The notes: a model not told the origin generated them from the letters alone. Shown: positions 19,028 through 27,661, counted from the first letter of the stretch. The stretch is DNA of 64,000 bases from a virus (IMGVR_UViG_3300028486_000080:16199-80198), one strand, 5' to 3'. Made by a program: numbers and translations.

Positions 19028-20116
19028 CTATCCTCGGCATGGTCCGGTCCAGATGTTGGACCACTCGGTTTGTCGGTTGGATAGGTATTTCTGGCTCGAC
19101 CAGTGCACAGAGGCTCTGCCCCCATCGTTTGCGCAATCAAGGGCTTGCTGCTCAAAGTGCTCGATGTAGTACTTCTGTGCCAACAACATGTCTCCCATCA
19201 CAAGAGGCATAGAGGACGTGAAGCACACGCGTGTATACATATTTGGCATCGCCTCAGACAGCGATATCTTTTTAGTTCCGGTGATCAGGATATTATAAGA
19301 GTGGTCATAGCCCACAAAGTACACGTCACCCGTAACGCCCCCGCAAACCGGGAACATGGCGTATTTCTCAAAGTCCGCGCGCTGGTCAGCAGTGAGGTGA
19401 TCGTGCAGCAACTTACGACCACGCTCACGTGCAGCAGTCCGTGGGTCGGAGTTTGTGCGCGGCTCTACGGCAAGTTCCGTGTCGTCGAACACCGCTGCGT
19501 ACCGAGGGCGCGCAGGGTGATTGGGAAATCGATATTGGATAACGTGCTCGCGTTGCCTCCGCTCGGTCGCGGTTACAGGCATTGGCTCGCTTATAGTGAG
19601 CGGCGCTTCCATGTAGTGCGCGACCACGCGCTCTTCTATGGAACTGAAGTCTGCACCTTCAGCCAAATCTAACCGAATAGTTGACGAAATCCGTAGGAAC
19701 AAAGTGTTGATGGTATGCACCCGCGGGAGATCGCGGACATAGCGTGCTTCATACGTGAACGCCATGAACTCATCAGCGTATCGCGCCCAGGCATTGCGCG
19801 CGATCAACCCATGGTCATGTCTACGAAGGGCATCTGATAGATACGACAACACTGCGAAGAGGTAACGTCTGCGAAATTCTAATTCCGCGTCTCGCCCCAT
19901 GAAGGAAAAGTACTGATCACTCGGCAAGATAAACCCTGCGCGTCTACCATCGTCAAACGTAAAGCGTAGGGTTGGCTCCTCTAGCGCATTAAGCCAACAA
20001 GACACGTCCGCAACGTCGGGAATTTGCCCAGGCTCAAAATCACTTACCAAACGATCAAGCCCGGCATCGAGTTGACGATACCGGACTTCTTCTTGTCTGT
20101 CGCGATAGCGATGCAC
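19028..20116 (-). CDS. hypothetical protein, partner of the upstream GG-terminated protein
   Basis: C-terminal RKLLHDHLTADQRADFE...RVCF...DMLLAQK pattern; starts 3 nt after the upstream stop; start codon uncertain. Confidence 0.65.
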   Translation of the reverse strand: MHRYRDRQEEVRYRQLDAGLDRLVSDFEPGQIPDVADVSCWLNALEEPTLRFTFDDGRRAGFILPSDQYFSFMGRDAELEFRRRYLFAVLSYLSDALRRHDHGLIARNAWARYADEFMAFTYEARYVRDLPRVHTINTLFLRISSTIRLDLAEGADFSSIEERVVAHYMEAPLTISEPMPVTATERRQREHVIQYRFPNHPARPRYAAVFDDTELAVEPRTNSDPRTAARERGRKLLHDHLTADQRADFEKYAMFPVCGGVTGDVYFVGYDHSYNILITGTKKISLSEAMPNMYTRVCFTSSMPLVMGDMLLAQKYYIEHFEQQALDCANDGGRASVHWSSQKYLSNRQTEWSNIWTGPCRG

Positions 20117-20118
20117 GC

Positions 20119-20349
20119 TTAGCCGCCAACTACCTGCGGCATGATCGTGGTAGATACGGCAGTAGGATCGAAGGTGCGCGCCGCCTTCTTGGTCCCGTCT
20201 GCGAACCGCTGAACGGCAAGATGCTTCTTGCCTCCGACGATCTCGTCAAACTTCTCCATCGCTTCTTTGACTTCGGCGCTGTCCTTAGGATCGAACTCCA
20301 CTTTGATATCGCCCGCGATTGGGTCCATGATTTCCATCACGTGCTTCAT
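20119..20349 (-). CDS. small protein ending in di-glycine (...TIMPQVVGG)
   Basis: 76 aa, GGAG RBS, own sigma70 promoter, GGC GGC TAA end. Confidence 0.75.
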   Translation of the reverse strand: MKHVMEIMDPIAGDIKVEFDPKDSAEVKEAMEKFDEIVGGKKHLAVQRFADGTKKAARTFDPTAVSTTIMPQVVGG

Positions 20350-20386
20350 GCGTCAAATCTCCATGTGTTAGGTTAACCTAAATCCA

Positions 20387-20415
20387 ATCCTAACTAGACC
20401 CTCCAGTCGTGTCAA
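20387..20415 (-). promoter_or_regulatory. sigma70-like promoter TTGACA-N17-TAGGAT
   Basis: Read directly upstream of 20349. Confidence 0.65.
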
Positions 20416-20725
20416 TGCTATTGACGATTAAACGACTAGTGAGTGAATCGATGCGGTTGTGCAGGCGATGTGGTGGCAGCGGAACACTATTCCGTCCTTC
20501 TAAAGACAAGTTCCTTACGTTTAAGCGCTGCACGGACTGTCAAGGATGGGGAGTACGTAATCGCGCCGGGCGCCCTAGTCGGTTACAATTACCTTCCTCA
20601 GGATGCGGAGATAGAGAGCTTCAAGTCGAGCGATCTCTTCAGCCACACCCTCACCCGCCTTAGAGCGGGCATATAGCAAAGTTAGCTCTCGCCCCGCGAG
20701 CTGTGACGCGGTTAAATAAACACGG

Positions 20726-20902
20726 TCAATCTTCATCAGAGCACGCCTCGCATCCAGTCCCGAGACAGAGGGGACAAAACGGTGGAGGCTCGATTCCCGT
20801 GCCGAAGCAGCGTAGACACTTGCGCCCGTTCATGTAACCGACGCCGCTGCACCACACGCAGGTATCATCCTCATCATCATGATTGACTTCAGTATCATCC
20901 AT
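20726..20902 (-). CDS. small DnaJ-type CxxCxGxG zinc-finger protein (58 aa)
   Basis: Manual translation MDDTEVNHDDEDDTCVWCSGVGYMNGRKCLRCFGTGIEPPPFCPLCLGTGCEACSDED; below the ORF track cutoff. Confidence 0.55.
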   Translation of the reverse strand: MDDTEVNHDDEDDTCVWCSGVGYMNGRKCLRCFGTGIEPPPFCPLCLGTGCEACSDED

Positions 20903-20951
20903 GTGTTAAGCCTAACATATTAAGGTTACTGTAGTCAAGAGGCAAACACCT

Positions 20952-21317
20952 ATGGAGACGCTTGTAATGGGATACTTCCTCATCATCCTGGGGCTAACGC
21001 TGCTCGTAGCCTTCGGGCTGAAGCTTTACAACATTATGAACGATCTGATCGTTAAGGCTGAGGAACGAACGCGCGCGATAGATAACGAGGCAGGGCGTAT
21101 CGAACTCAATCAGGCAAGCATCATCGGGCAACGAGTCATTGACTTGGACTCGGAGCCTACCTTCGCCGGAATGGTGGTAGAGTCTTCCTATGACCGCAAG
21201 TACGGCTGGGTAGCTCATGTCGTCAACGCCTATGGAGACCGCCGCGACTATGAGCTAACCCGTTTGGTCTGGGAAGAGAAGCTTATGGGTTACCGATACT
21301 ATCGCGCTCGGGCGTAG
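20952..21317 (+). CDS. hypothetical membrane-anchored protein
   Basis: N-terminal hydrophobic helix, GAGG RBS. Confidence 0.6.
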   Translation: METLVMGYFLIILGLTLLVAFGLKLYNIMNDLIVKAEERTRAIDNEAGRIELNQASIIGQRVIDLDSEPTFAGMVVESSYDRKYGWVAHVVNAYGDRRDYELTRLVWEEKLMGYRYYRARA

Positions 21318-21480
21318 CGAACCAGCTTGGACCGCGCTCCCACTCCACCTTTCCGTCGCGGATCGCATCTAGAGCGTCCTGATCTGACCAGATAAACGCT
21401 TGGCTAGACCCAGAGTCCAGAGCCATACCTACCCCGAAGAGGGAGAGAAATGTCAGCACGACAAGCATGTGATGGTTCAT
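21283..21480 (-). CDS. small secreted or membrane hypothetical protein
   Basis: Signal-like N-terminus, GGAG RBS. Confidence 0.5.
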   Translation of the reverse strand: MNHHMLVVLTFLSLFGVGMALDSGSSQAFIWSDQDALDAIRDGKVEWERGPSWFATPERDSIGNP

Positions 21481-21496
21481 AGTGATCTCCTATAAA

Positions 21497-21529
21497 ACAA
21501 GCCCCGCAGGGTAGTCTCGCGGGGCTTGT
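21497..21529 (-). terminator. intrinsic terminator
   Basis: ACAAGCCCCGC...GCGGGGCTTGT stem followed by TTTT on the minus strand. Confidence 0.6.
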
Positions 21530-21556
21530 CTGTCTAGCAGGAGATAGCAGTATGGT

Positions 21557-21757
21557 TTAGAGAGCGCCGCCCTGGTCGGAGCCTTCGCCGTCGTCGTCGT
21601 CGTTGTCGTCGTCCTCAGAGCCGCCGTCCTGCTCGATCTCCTGGACCAACTCCTGGAGAGCCGCGTCGCTACCAGCGGTCGGAGCCGCCTGATCGTCGCC
21701 AGCCTGGGTCTTGTCGAGAACGTTCGTATCGTCGTCGGTCTGCTTGATCTTGGTCAT
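21557..21757 (-). CDS. very acidic small protein
   Basis: 66 aa with about 21 D/E; GGAG RBS; followed by a terminator. Confidence 0.65.
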   Translation of the reverse strand: MTKIKQTDDDTNVLDKTQAGDDQAAPTAGSDAALQELVQEIEQDGGSEDDDNDDDDGEGSDQGGAL

Positions 21758-22506
21758 GTAGCTTGCTCCTTAACCATATGTAAAAATTCCAGACGAGACT
21801 TAGGGGTGTCTGGCGAAAGCACTGCTTCCTCACAAGTAAACACCTTGCCTACTTGCGTCTCCCCTCCCCGTGCTATGAGGCTGGTTTGGAACTGCCAGTC
21901 CATCCATATACAGGGAACCTTGACGCCACGCGCGGGTGTACCGATCCATTTGTCGGACCCGAGAGGGCGAATTCCAGTAATTAAGCACTTAGGGTTGCGC
22001 GGGCTGTCCGTAAGAGAGGCTTCGCGCACGATGGCTGAGGGACAGTGAGATATGCCAAGCTTATCTACCTTACCCTCGGTGCTGCATGTCATACCGATTG
22101 AAAGCCCGCGCACCCCGCTATCTATCAACCAACGCCCGAGCGGGGACACAACAACACCCTCTCCCCAGACGCCGATCTCGTCTCGATACAGGCGTAGCCA
22201 CTGCCCTACGTGTCCCGCGTCGTGCCCGTTGTTCAATGCCAACCCCGCCGTGGGCGGCGGGAACATGAGCGCCACATTAGGAGCCCATGTAACGTAGTCA
22301 GCCGAGAACCCTCGCCAACCATTTGTTGGTAGGATGTCGTCCCACCGCATGATGTAACCGCAGATTTCAAACCCGTTCGAGGTGCCGGGGGACAATAAGG
22401 TCGATGCCCATCCTTTCACTTTCTGGCGGAAGCTCGTAGGACCAGCGGGTACCAAACCCTGGTATATCTCCATAGCTGACTGGTGCGTCATTCCCCACGT
22501 CCTCAT
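21754..22506 (-). CDS. HK97-type prohead protease-like domain (start uncertain)
   Basis: ICGY, NGHD...VGQW, GVWGEG, VRGLSIG, REASLTDSPRNP correspond to the S78/U35 HD, GLSIG and EVSLV..PAN motifs. Confidence 0.6.
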   Translation of the reverse strand: MRTWGMTHQSAMEIYQGLVPAGPTSFRQKVKGWASTLLSPGTSNGFEICGYIMRWDDILPTNGWRGFSADYVTWAPNVALMFPPPTAGLALNNGHDAGHVGQWLRLYRDEIGVWGEGVVVSPLGRWLIDSGVRGLSIGMTCSTEGKVDKLGISHCPSAIVREASLTDSPRNPKCLITGIRPLGSDKWIGTPARGVKVPCIWMDWQFQTSLIARGGETQVGKVFTCEEAVLSPDTPKSRLEFLHMVKEQAT

Positions 22507-23074
22507 TGAATATCCACTTGGTCAACCCACGATATTTGGAGCCGCAGAAACGGTAGTTCGGCAACGTGATCATCGCATCCATCGCCTGGATACAAGTAGT
22601 GGGAGCCCGCTGGGGGCAGACATAAGCGACTCGCGTAATGGCGCTTGCCGGTATGTCACCAAGGTAGGTGCAGTTGCCGAGCAATTGCAGGCTAGCCTTC
22701 CACTGACCCGCGCCGGTAAAATCCTTGAGGTGATCGCGATACCAGCGTGTACGCTTCAACATGTCCCACGACCGTGGGAGATCGTCCCGTTCGCGTCCCT
22801 GCTGCTCCATAGTATCTTCATCTGGCGCGAACAGGTTCTCATCGAGAAGTGTAGTGTCGATCTCAAGGATCGCTGCGCGGTCGCTACTATTATCTTCAAC
22901 AGCATTGAGCGCGAAGTAGAGTGCGTAAGAATTGGTGAGGTATACGGCATCACGGCACGACACCGCTTTAGCCCACACACTCTTGACCTTTGATTTTCTC
23001 CGAGGGTGGAGCCCCTTCGCTAACGCGATCCCCGCGGAGCGCTCCGATGTGCCATGATACAGTTTCATGCCCAC
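22367..23074 (-). CDS. putative ADP-ribosyltransferase-fold protein
   Basis: MKLYHGTS...GLHP...AVYLT..YALYFA pattern. Confidence 0.5.
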   Translation of the reverse strand: MGMKLYHGTSERSAGIALAKGLHPRRKSKVKSVWAKAVSCRDAVYLTNSYALYFALNAVEDNSSDRAAILEIDTTLLDENLFAPDEDTMEQQGRERDDLPRSWDMLKRTRWYRDHLKDFTGAGQWKASLQLLGNCTYLGDIPASAITRVAYVCPQRAPTTCIQAMDAMITLPNYRFCGSKYRGLTKWIFNEDVGNDAPVSYGDIPGFGTRWSYELPPESERMGIDLIVPRHLERV

Positions 23075-23122
23075 CCCCTTGCAAGTTTTGGGCCACGCCC
23101 GAAGACGTGGCCCGCCGCCGTG

Positions 23123-23308
23123 TTAGTGAGCCTGCTCAACCGGCGCAGATGGAGCCGAGGGTGCGGCAGCCGGTGCGGTCTCGGTCACAGCCTTGTCGGG
23201 CGTGTAGGTGGACACAGAAGCGCTGTTGCTCTGGTTGTACAGGATGAAGCCGAACGCGCCAGCGGCGATGACGGCGATAGCAACAATAGCCTTAGAAGTA
23301 GCGGACAT
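23123..23308 (-). CDS. small membrane-anchored protein
   Basis: N-terminal TM, Ala/Pro-rich tail, AGGAG RBS. Confidence 0.6.
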   Translation of the reverse strand: MSATSKAIVAIAVIAAGAFGFILYNQSNSASVSTYTPDKAVTETAPAAAPSAPSAPVEQAH

Positions 23309-23445
23309 ATTTTCTCCTAACGTTGAGTTTCAAACCACACGCTGACGGAACCACGAAGTTGGTTTGATGTCCACAGGCAGCATATATTTAACGTTAATAG
23401 TTGCGCCCTATTGCTGGTCACATATCAGCATGAGAGGCTAACGGT

Positions 23446-23580
23446 ATGGAACAGATGACTTACACTGACATCGCGGTATTGTGTGGTGCGATCACCTTTA
23501 TGGGTGTTTGGGTGATCGTAGCTATATATGCCCTCGGGCGGTTCATCGATTGGATGGCGAGTCAGCCAGAGCAAGATTGA
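23446..23580 (+). CDS. small membrane protein (44 aa)
   Basis: Manual translation MEQMTYTDIAVLCGAITFMGVWVIVAIYALGRFIDWMASQPEQD; GAGG RBS. Confidence 0.4.
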   Translation: MEQMTYTDIAVLCGAITFMGVWVIVAIYALGRFIDWMASQPEQD

Positions 23581-23614
23581 TCCTATCGCGATTTACCTTA
23601 AACTGTACTCTGCC

Positions 23615-23650
23615 AAAAAGAAAGCGCGCCGGGCATTAGCTCGGCGCGCT
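23615..23650 (-). terminator. intrinsic terminator after the AIPR-like gene
   Basis: AGCGCGCCG...CGGCGCGCT stem plus T tract. Confidence 0.65.
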
Positions 23651-23676
23651 ATTTGGTAATCCGGCAGGGTGTGGGA

Positions 23677-25155
23677 CTATACGCCGGATTGCTTGATGAT
23701 CAGTTCGATGTCGAGAGACACGAGTTCGAAGAAGTCATTGGGGCGCGGAGAGTTGGAGATCGCACGCGCCGTGAAGCCGTCGTCCTGATTATAGAAGCGA
23801 TCCTTGATCATCTTCATATATTTCTTCGTGATGTAGTCGGACAACATAGTGTCGTAGAACTCGACCGGATTCTCGCGCCACACCAGCTTACCGCGGTCCA
23901 GCTTCATCAGGTGATGCACCGGATAAAGGAGCGGCAGAATATACGCAGGGAGCGCACCCTTGATGGTCTCGTGCATCGGCTCCTGGAAGTAGTAAGTGCG
24001 GAACGGATGATTGGGAAGAGCCTCAGTGTATCCTGTCGCTGAGCGCGCATATTTCCCGCTCTTGCGATACATCTGAGTGAACTCCTTCACGAGCCAATCG
24101 TGGAGGCGCATAATGTCGGGAACGAGCGCCAACGCCGACAAGAACCCCTTATCGGTGGAGGCAGAAAACACGTCGTCTCCCGACGACGGGGAGCATGCCA
24201 CCTTGACGGCGCGGAACGCCTTCTGCACTCCAGCCTTGGAGTTATAGAAGTTGATGCCGGGAGTAACCATTTCCCCGCGATCAAGGCGCGGGATTCCACG
24301 GTTCACGTAGAGTCCATAGAGTGCGACCATAGCGAGCGTGATAACCTCACGCACCTTGATCTCGTCCTTGATCTCCGCTTCATCCGGCTTCCAGTTGATG
24401 CGAGCGTTGATGCTCGGGGGGAGGGCGTTACGCAGATCGTCGTAGACGCCATCATAAGTGTTGATGGCGGTGACAGTCTGCTCCGAACCAGCGTTGCGTG
24501 CGACGATCACGTCAAGAATCTGCCGCTTCGGAGCTTCAGCCGAGTTCTTCGGATAGATGAACTCTACGTTGACTGATCCCTGAAGTTTGGGGAGAAACTT
24601 CTGAATGGCTGCCGCATACTTCTCTTCGAACGCACGCAGACGGCTGGGATGACGGATGCGCTCGACAGACTTGCGGTCGGGGTTCTCCTCGGGGATCACG
24701 CAGGAGAGAACCTGCTTGCGAATAGCAAATGATGTGTGCCCGCCATCGACGATACCATGCAGCGACGGATCGTCCGCCGTCACGGCAATCTTCGTGTTGC
24801 CTGCAAGAAGCGCGGCGCGGGAAACTGACGCAAGGAGCCCCTTGTTGCGGAACACCATCTTCTCAGGATTATTGGACAGCGTGTCGCGAATCTGCTTGAC
24901 GACGGCGTTTTCCTTGGCGCCGCGCGGATTGCCGCCAGTGCCGAGAGGGAAGAGGTAGGGGTAGATGTGCTTTATCGGAACGTCAGCGCAAATTGCTGAG
25001 CCGAGTTCTTTGTCGTCGGTCTTGATCGACGGGCGTGCCTTAAGGTCAAGAGTGAACGTCACCGGATTGTCCGCGTCATAATGGAACACCGTCTCGACGG
25101 TAGGTTCCTCGACGGTTTCGGCTTCTTCTACGCGGTCTTTAAGCTTTACAGCCAT
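23677..25155 (-). CDS. AIPR-family (ParB/DndB-like nuclease fold) protein
   Basis: FRNKGLL, IVDGGHT and ARNAG correspond to the AIPR NNG, IVNGGQT and N motifs; GGAG RBS. Confidence 0.65.
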   Translation of the reverse strand: MAVKLKDRVEEAETVEEPTVETVFHYDADNPVTFTLDLKARPSIKTDDKELGSAICADVPIKHIYPYLFPLGTGGNPRGAKENAVVKQIRDTLSNNPEKMVFRNKGLLASVSRAALLAGNTKIAVTADDPSLHGIVDGGHTSFAIRKQVLSCVIPEENPDRKSVERIRHPSRLRAFEEKYAAAIQKFLPKLQGSVNVEFIYPKNSAEAPKRQILDVIVARNAGSEQTVTAINTYDGVYDDLRNALPPSINARINWKPDEAEIKDEIKVREVITLAMVALYGLYVNRGIPRLDRGEMVTPGINFYNSKAGVQKAFRAVKVACSPSSGDDVFSASTDKGFLSALALVPDIMRLHDWLVKEFTQMYRKSGKYARSATGYTEALPNHPFRTYYFQEPMHETIKGALPAYILPLLYPVHHLMKLDRGKLVWRENPVEFYDTMLSDYITKKYMKMIKDRFYNQDDGFTARAISNSPRPNDFFELVSLDIELIIKQSGV

Positions 25156-25227
25156 GATTGTGCTCTCCTACTAACCGAGCTATAAATTGGTCGGCAGGAG
25201 AGCTACTTGCACTTTTCAGACCAAATG

Positions 25228-25749
25228 TCAATAGATTGGAATCGATTCCATCAAAGTGACTTGGCTCGGGCGGGGCTCCGAAATTTTGTTGAACAGTTTT
25301 CTGGAGAGCCGGGCACCTTTGCCAAGCACGCCCATCTTCTGAAGTGTGATCACCGTCTTCGCTGATATTTCATAGACATGCAAGACCGGAAAGGCGGACG
25401 TGTCAACGATTAGGAAGCTCGTCAGGTTGCGTGCCCACTTGCGGAAATCGCTCTGATCAAAATGCCGTCCCGATCCCGTCTGCACTGACGGGAGTAGGCT
25501 GACGCTACTGCCGTGCATGCAACGAATTTCATAGCGCTCCCCGGTCTCTGGATTATACACATCAAAGCGTTCATTGGACTTCAGCGCCATTTTTAGACGC
25601 AGGCGGCTGGCAACAGAGTTCTCAACGATTTTGGTTGCGCCGCTACCTGTCATGAATGAAGCCCGTAGAGCGGCAACGCTGATACCGAACCCGCGTGCTA
25701 GAGAAGCTTCAGGATACATAAAGCTGGTGATGTGTTCGATGGTATCCAT
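25228..25749 (-). CDS. putative restriction-like endonuclease
   Basis: FDVYNPETGERYEIRC resembles a PD-(D/E)xK core (D..ExR); directly downstream of an MTase. Confidence 0.45.
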   Translation of the reverse strand: MDTIEHITSFMYPEASLARGFGISVAALRASFMTGSGATKIVENSVASRLRLKMALKSNERFDVYNPETGERYEIRCMHGSSVSLLPSVQTGSGRHFDQSDFRKWARNLTSFLIVDTSAFPVLHVYEISAKTVITLQKMGVLGKGARLSRKLFNKISEPRPSQVTLMESIPIY

Positions 25750-25760
25750 AATAAGTAACC

Positions 25761-26807
25761 TTACTTTTCTGCGTTAACGATGTAGGACCGATTGGTCCCT
25801 GCGGATACGCCCCAGATCGAAGATGTCTTGGACGCGGCGTGTTCTTGATCAAGAATATTAACCTTACCAAATCCGTGTTCCATTAGCAAGCCCGCAATTA
25901 CCTGCTCCAGCATTCCTGCCTTCACGTTGCCAACTTCAATGCACACACGACCGCCAGGTACGAGCACGCGCCACTGATCTGCGATGACGCGGCTCATGAA
26001 CTGTGCCCACGTCTCCATACCGTGGTTCTCGTCAAGCTTCTCTGGTTGCTCACGTATGAACCAATTGCGAAGCCAGTTATCGTCGGTGTAAGCCACCTCA
26101 GACACGAACGGCGGAGAAGTAAGAACTAGGTTGACGCTGTTATCCGCCACATGCTTGTTGAAGCATGCATCGGTCACTGTCAGGATTCTCAAAGGAGAAA
26201 ACTCAGGAGGGAGCGGATCACGCAGCAGACGCTTGGTCTTGCTGATCACAACCTCCTTCACGGAACGGTACTCCGGTGTCTGCCCACGCTTCTCATTAAT
26301 CTTAAGCTGACGCTCGACGCTGACAGCTTGATTGGGAGGCAGCGTGTATACAGAGAGAAAGCCTTTGGAGTGCCCAGTAAGGCGTGTGAGTATGCACAGC
26401 CTGATCCATCTATCGACCGGGGTGTGGCGCAATAGGAGCATCGACGCCATGATCTCTTCCAACGTGTCTGGGTGGAAGAACGCCAACATACGTTCCGGCA
26501 GAACGCTGCGCTCAGGAAGTTTTAGTGTGAGATCAGCAAGACGTTTCTCTACTTCCGCCAAAGTTGGCGGAGCCAGCCTTGGCTCCAGCAGATGGATATG
26601 CAGTGGGTTGAGATCGTTTGCGATCACCTTCCGTCCGAGGAGGGCAGCTTCGAGAGGAACAGTCCCTCGACCAGAGAATGGATCGTATACCCACTCTCCC
26701 GGAGCCGAGAACTTCTCAACGAAATAGTTTACGAGAGACGGCTTGAAGCATGCTCGGTAAGGAACCTGATGCAGGCTGTGCCCGTCTCTTTGCTTGTTTG
26801 ACCACAT
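25761..26807 (-). CDS. N4-cytosine/N6-adenine DNA methyltransferase
   Basis: YRACFKP, VYDPFSGRGT, NDLNP, LVLTSPPF. Confidence 0.85.
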   Translation of the reverse strand: MWSNKQRDGHSLHQVPYRACFKPSLVNYFVEKFSAPGEWVYDPFSGRGTVPLEAALLGRKVIANDLNPLHIHLLEPRLAPPTLAEVEKRLADLTLKLPERSVLPERMLAFFHPDTLEEIMASMLLLRHTPVDRWIRLCILTRLTGHSKGFLSVYTLPPNQAVSVERQLKINEKRGQTPEYRSVKEVVISKTKRLLRDPLPPEFSPLRILTVTDACFNKHVADNSVNLVLTSPPFVSEVAYTDDNWLRNWFIREQPEKLDENHGMETWAQFMSRVIADQWRVLVPGGRVCIEVGNVKAGMLEQVIAGLLMEHGFGKVNILDQEHAASKTSSIWGVSAGTNRSYIVNAEK

Positions 26808-26846
26808 GGTGTTAACCTTAACACGCTGTGGGGATTATGGTCAAGG

Positions 26847-26877
26847 CAAAAAAAAAAAGAGACCGCAGTGCGGTCTC
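26847..26877 (-). terminator. intrinsic terminator
   Basis: GAGACCGC-AGT-GCGGTCTC stem plus a 12-nt T run on the minus strand. Confidence 0.75.
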
Positions 26878-26883
26878 CAGAGA

Positions 26884-27255
26884 CTAAAGCTCTATGTCTT
26901 TTCCAGGAGGGCTTGGTGGAGGCAACACATGCTCCTGTTCAGGGAGTTCGTTCATCCCATCAGGGAGCACCGGAGGGATGTTGGGTTCCCGTCCGAACGT
27001 CTTGCGGTAGTCGTCGATCATTTCCTGGTACATGCGATTGATCTCGACGCGCATGTCAGAGAGACGCTGATTGCGCTGCATCTGCCGCGCGTTGAAGCCC
27101 TCCACATCGTCGCTTTCGGCGCCATCCATTGCGGCAATCTTGTAAGCCAACGCATGCTCCGGTCCCATGTGAAGCGCGAGCATAGTGCCGCCGATGAGTG
27201 CGAAGAAGGCAAGATTAGCCACAACACCCTTCCAGTTGTTCTTCAACCACTCCAT
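26884..27255 (-). CDS. membrane-anchored hypothetical protein
   Basis: Start MEWLKNNWKG with GGAG RBS, TM helix; co-transcribed after the ctrA-like gene. Confidence 0.6.
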   Translation of the reverse strand: MEWLKNNWKGVVANLAFFALIGGTMLALHMGPEHALAYKIAAMDGAESDDVEGFNARQMQRNQRLSDMRVEINRMYQEMIDDYRKTFGREPNIPPVLPDGMNELPEQEHVLPPPSPPGKDIEL

Positions 27256-27260
27256 TGGCG

Positions 27261-27650
27261 TCACTCCGTGGCAGTTTTCTGAAGGTTGGGGTTGCGCATC
27301 GTGTAGCCCCGCCCCCAAACTGTTTCGATGTAGTGCTGCCCGCCCGTGGCGGTTGCGAGCTTCTTGCGGAGCTTGCAGATGAACACGTCGATGATCTTGA
27401 GTTCCGGTTCATCGATCCCACCGTAGAGGTGGTTGAGGAACATTTCCTTCGTGATCGTCTCGGCGGGCTTGAGTGCCAGAAGCGCGAGCATATCGAATTC
27501 TTTGCCCGTCAGGTGAACAGGTGCGTCATTGACCAGCACCGTCTTAAGGTCAAGATTGACCTTGATTTCACCAATGGTGATGGTGGTTTGCTCAGCATCC
27601 TCAGGGGGAGCCGTCTCCTCAGGAGCCACTTTTTCCTTAGCTTTTGTCAT
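27261..27650 (-). CDS. ctrA: CtrA-like winged-helix DNA-binding domain lacking the receiver domain
   Basis: VHLTGKE...[32 protein letters not shown]...[10 protein letters not shown] is the CtrA C-terminal signature; only about 30 aa low-complexity N-terminus; GGAG RBS. Confidence 0.93.
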   Translation of the reverse strand: MTKAKEKVAPEETAPPEDAEQTTITIGEIKVNLDLKTVLVNDAPVHLTGKEFDMLALLALKPAETITKEMFLNHLYGGIDEPELKIIDVFICKLRKKLATATGGQHYIETVWGRGYTMRNPNLQKTATE

Positions 27651-27661
27651 CACTATCTCCA

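Noticed and set aside
22382-24958. Plus-strand ORFs 22382-22993, 23653-24042, 24100-24576, 24656-24958
   Set aside because: Antisense to the ART-like and AIPR-like genes; no independent signals.
26847-26858. 12-nt poly(A) as a phase-variable tract or retro-insertion scar
   Set aside because: It directly follows a GC stem on the minus strand, so it is explained as a terminator U-tract; the same holds for 34519.
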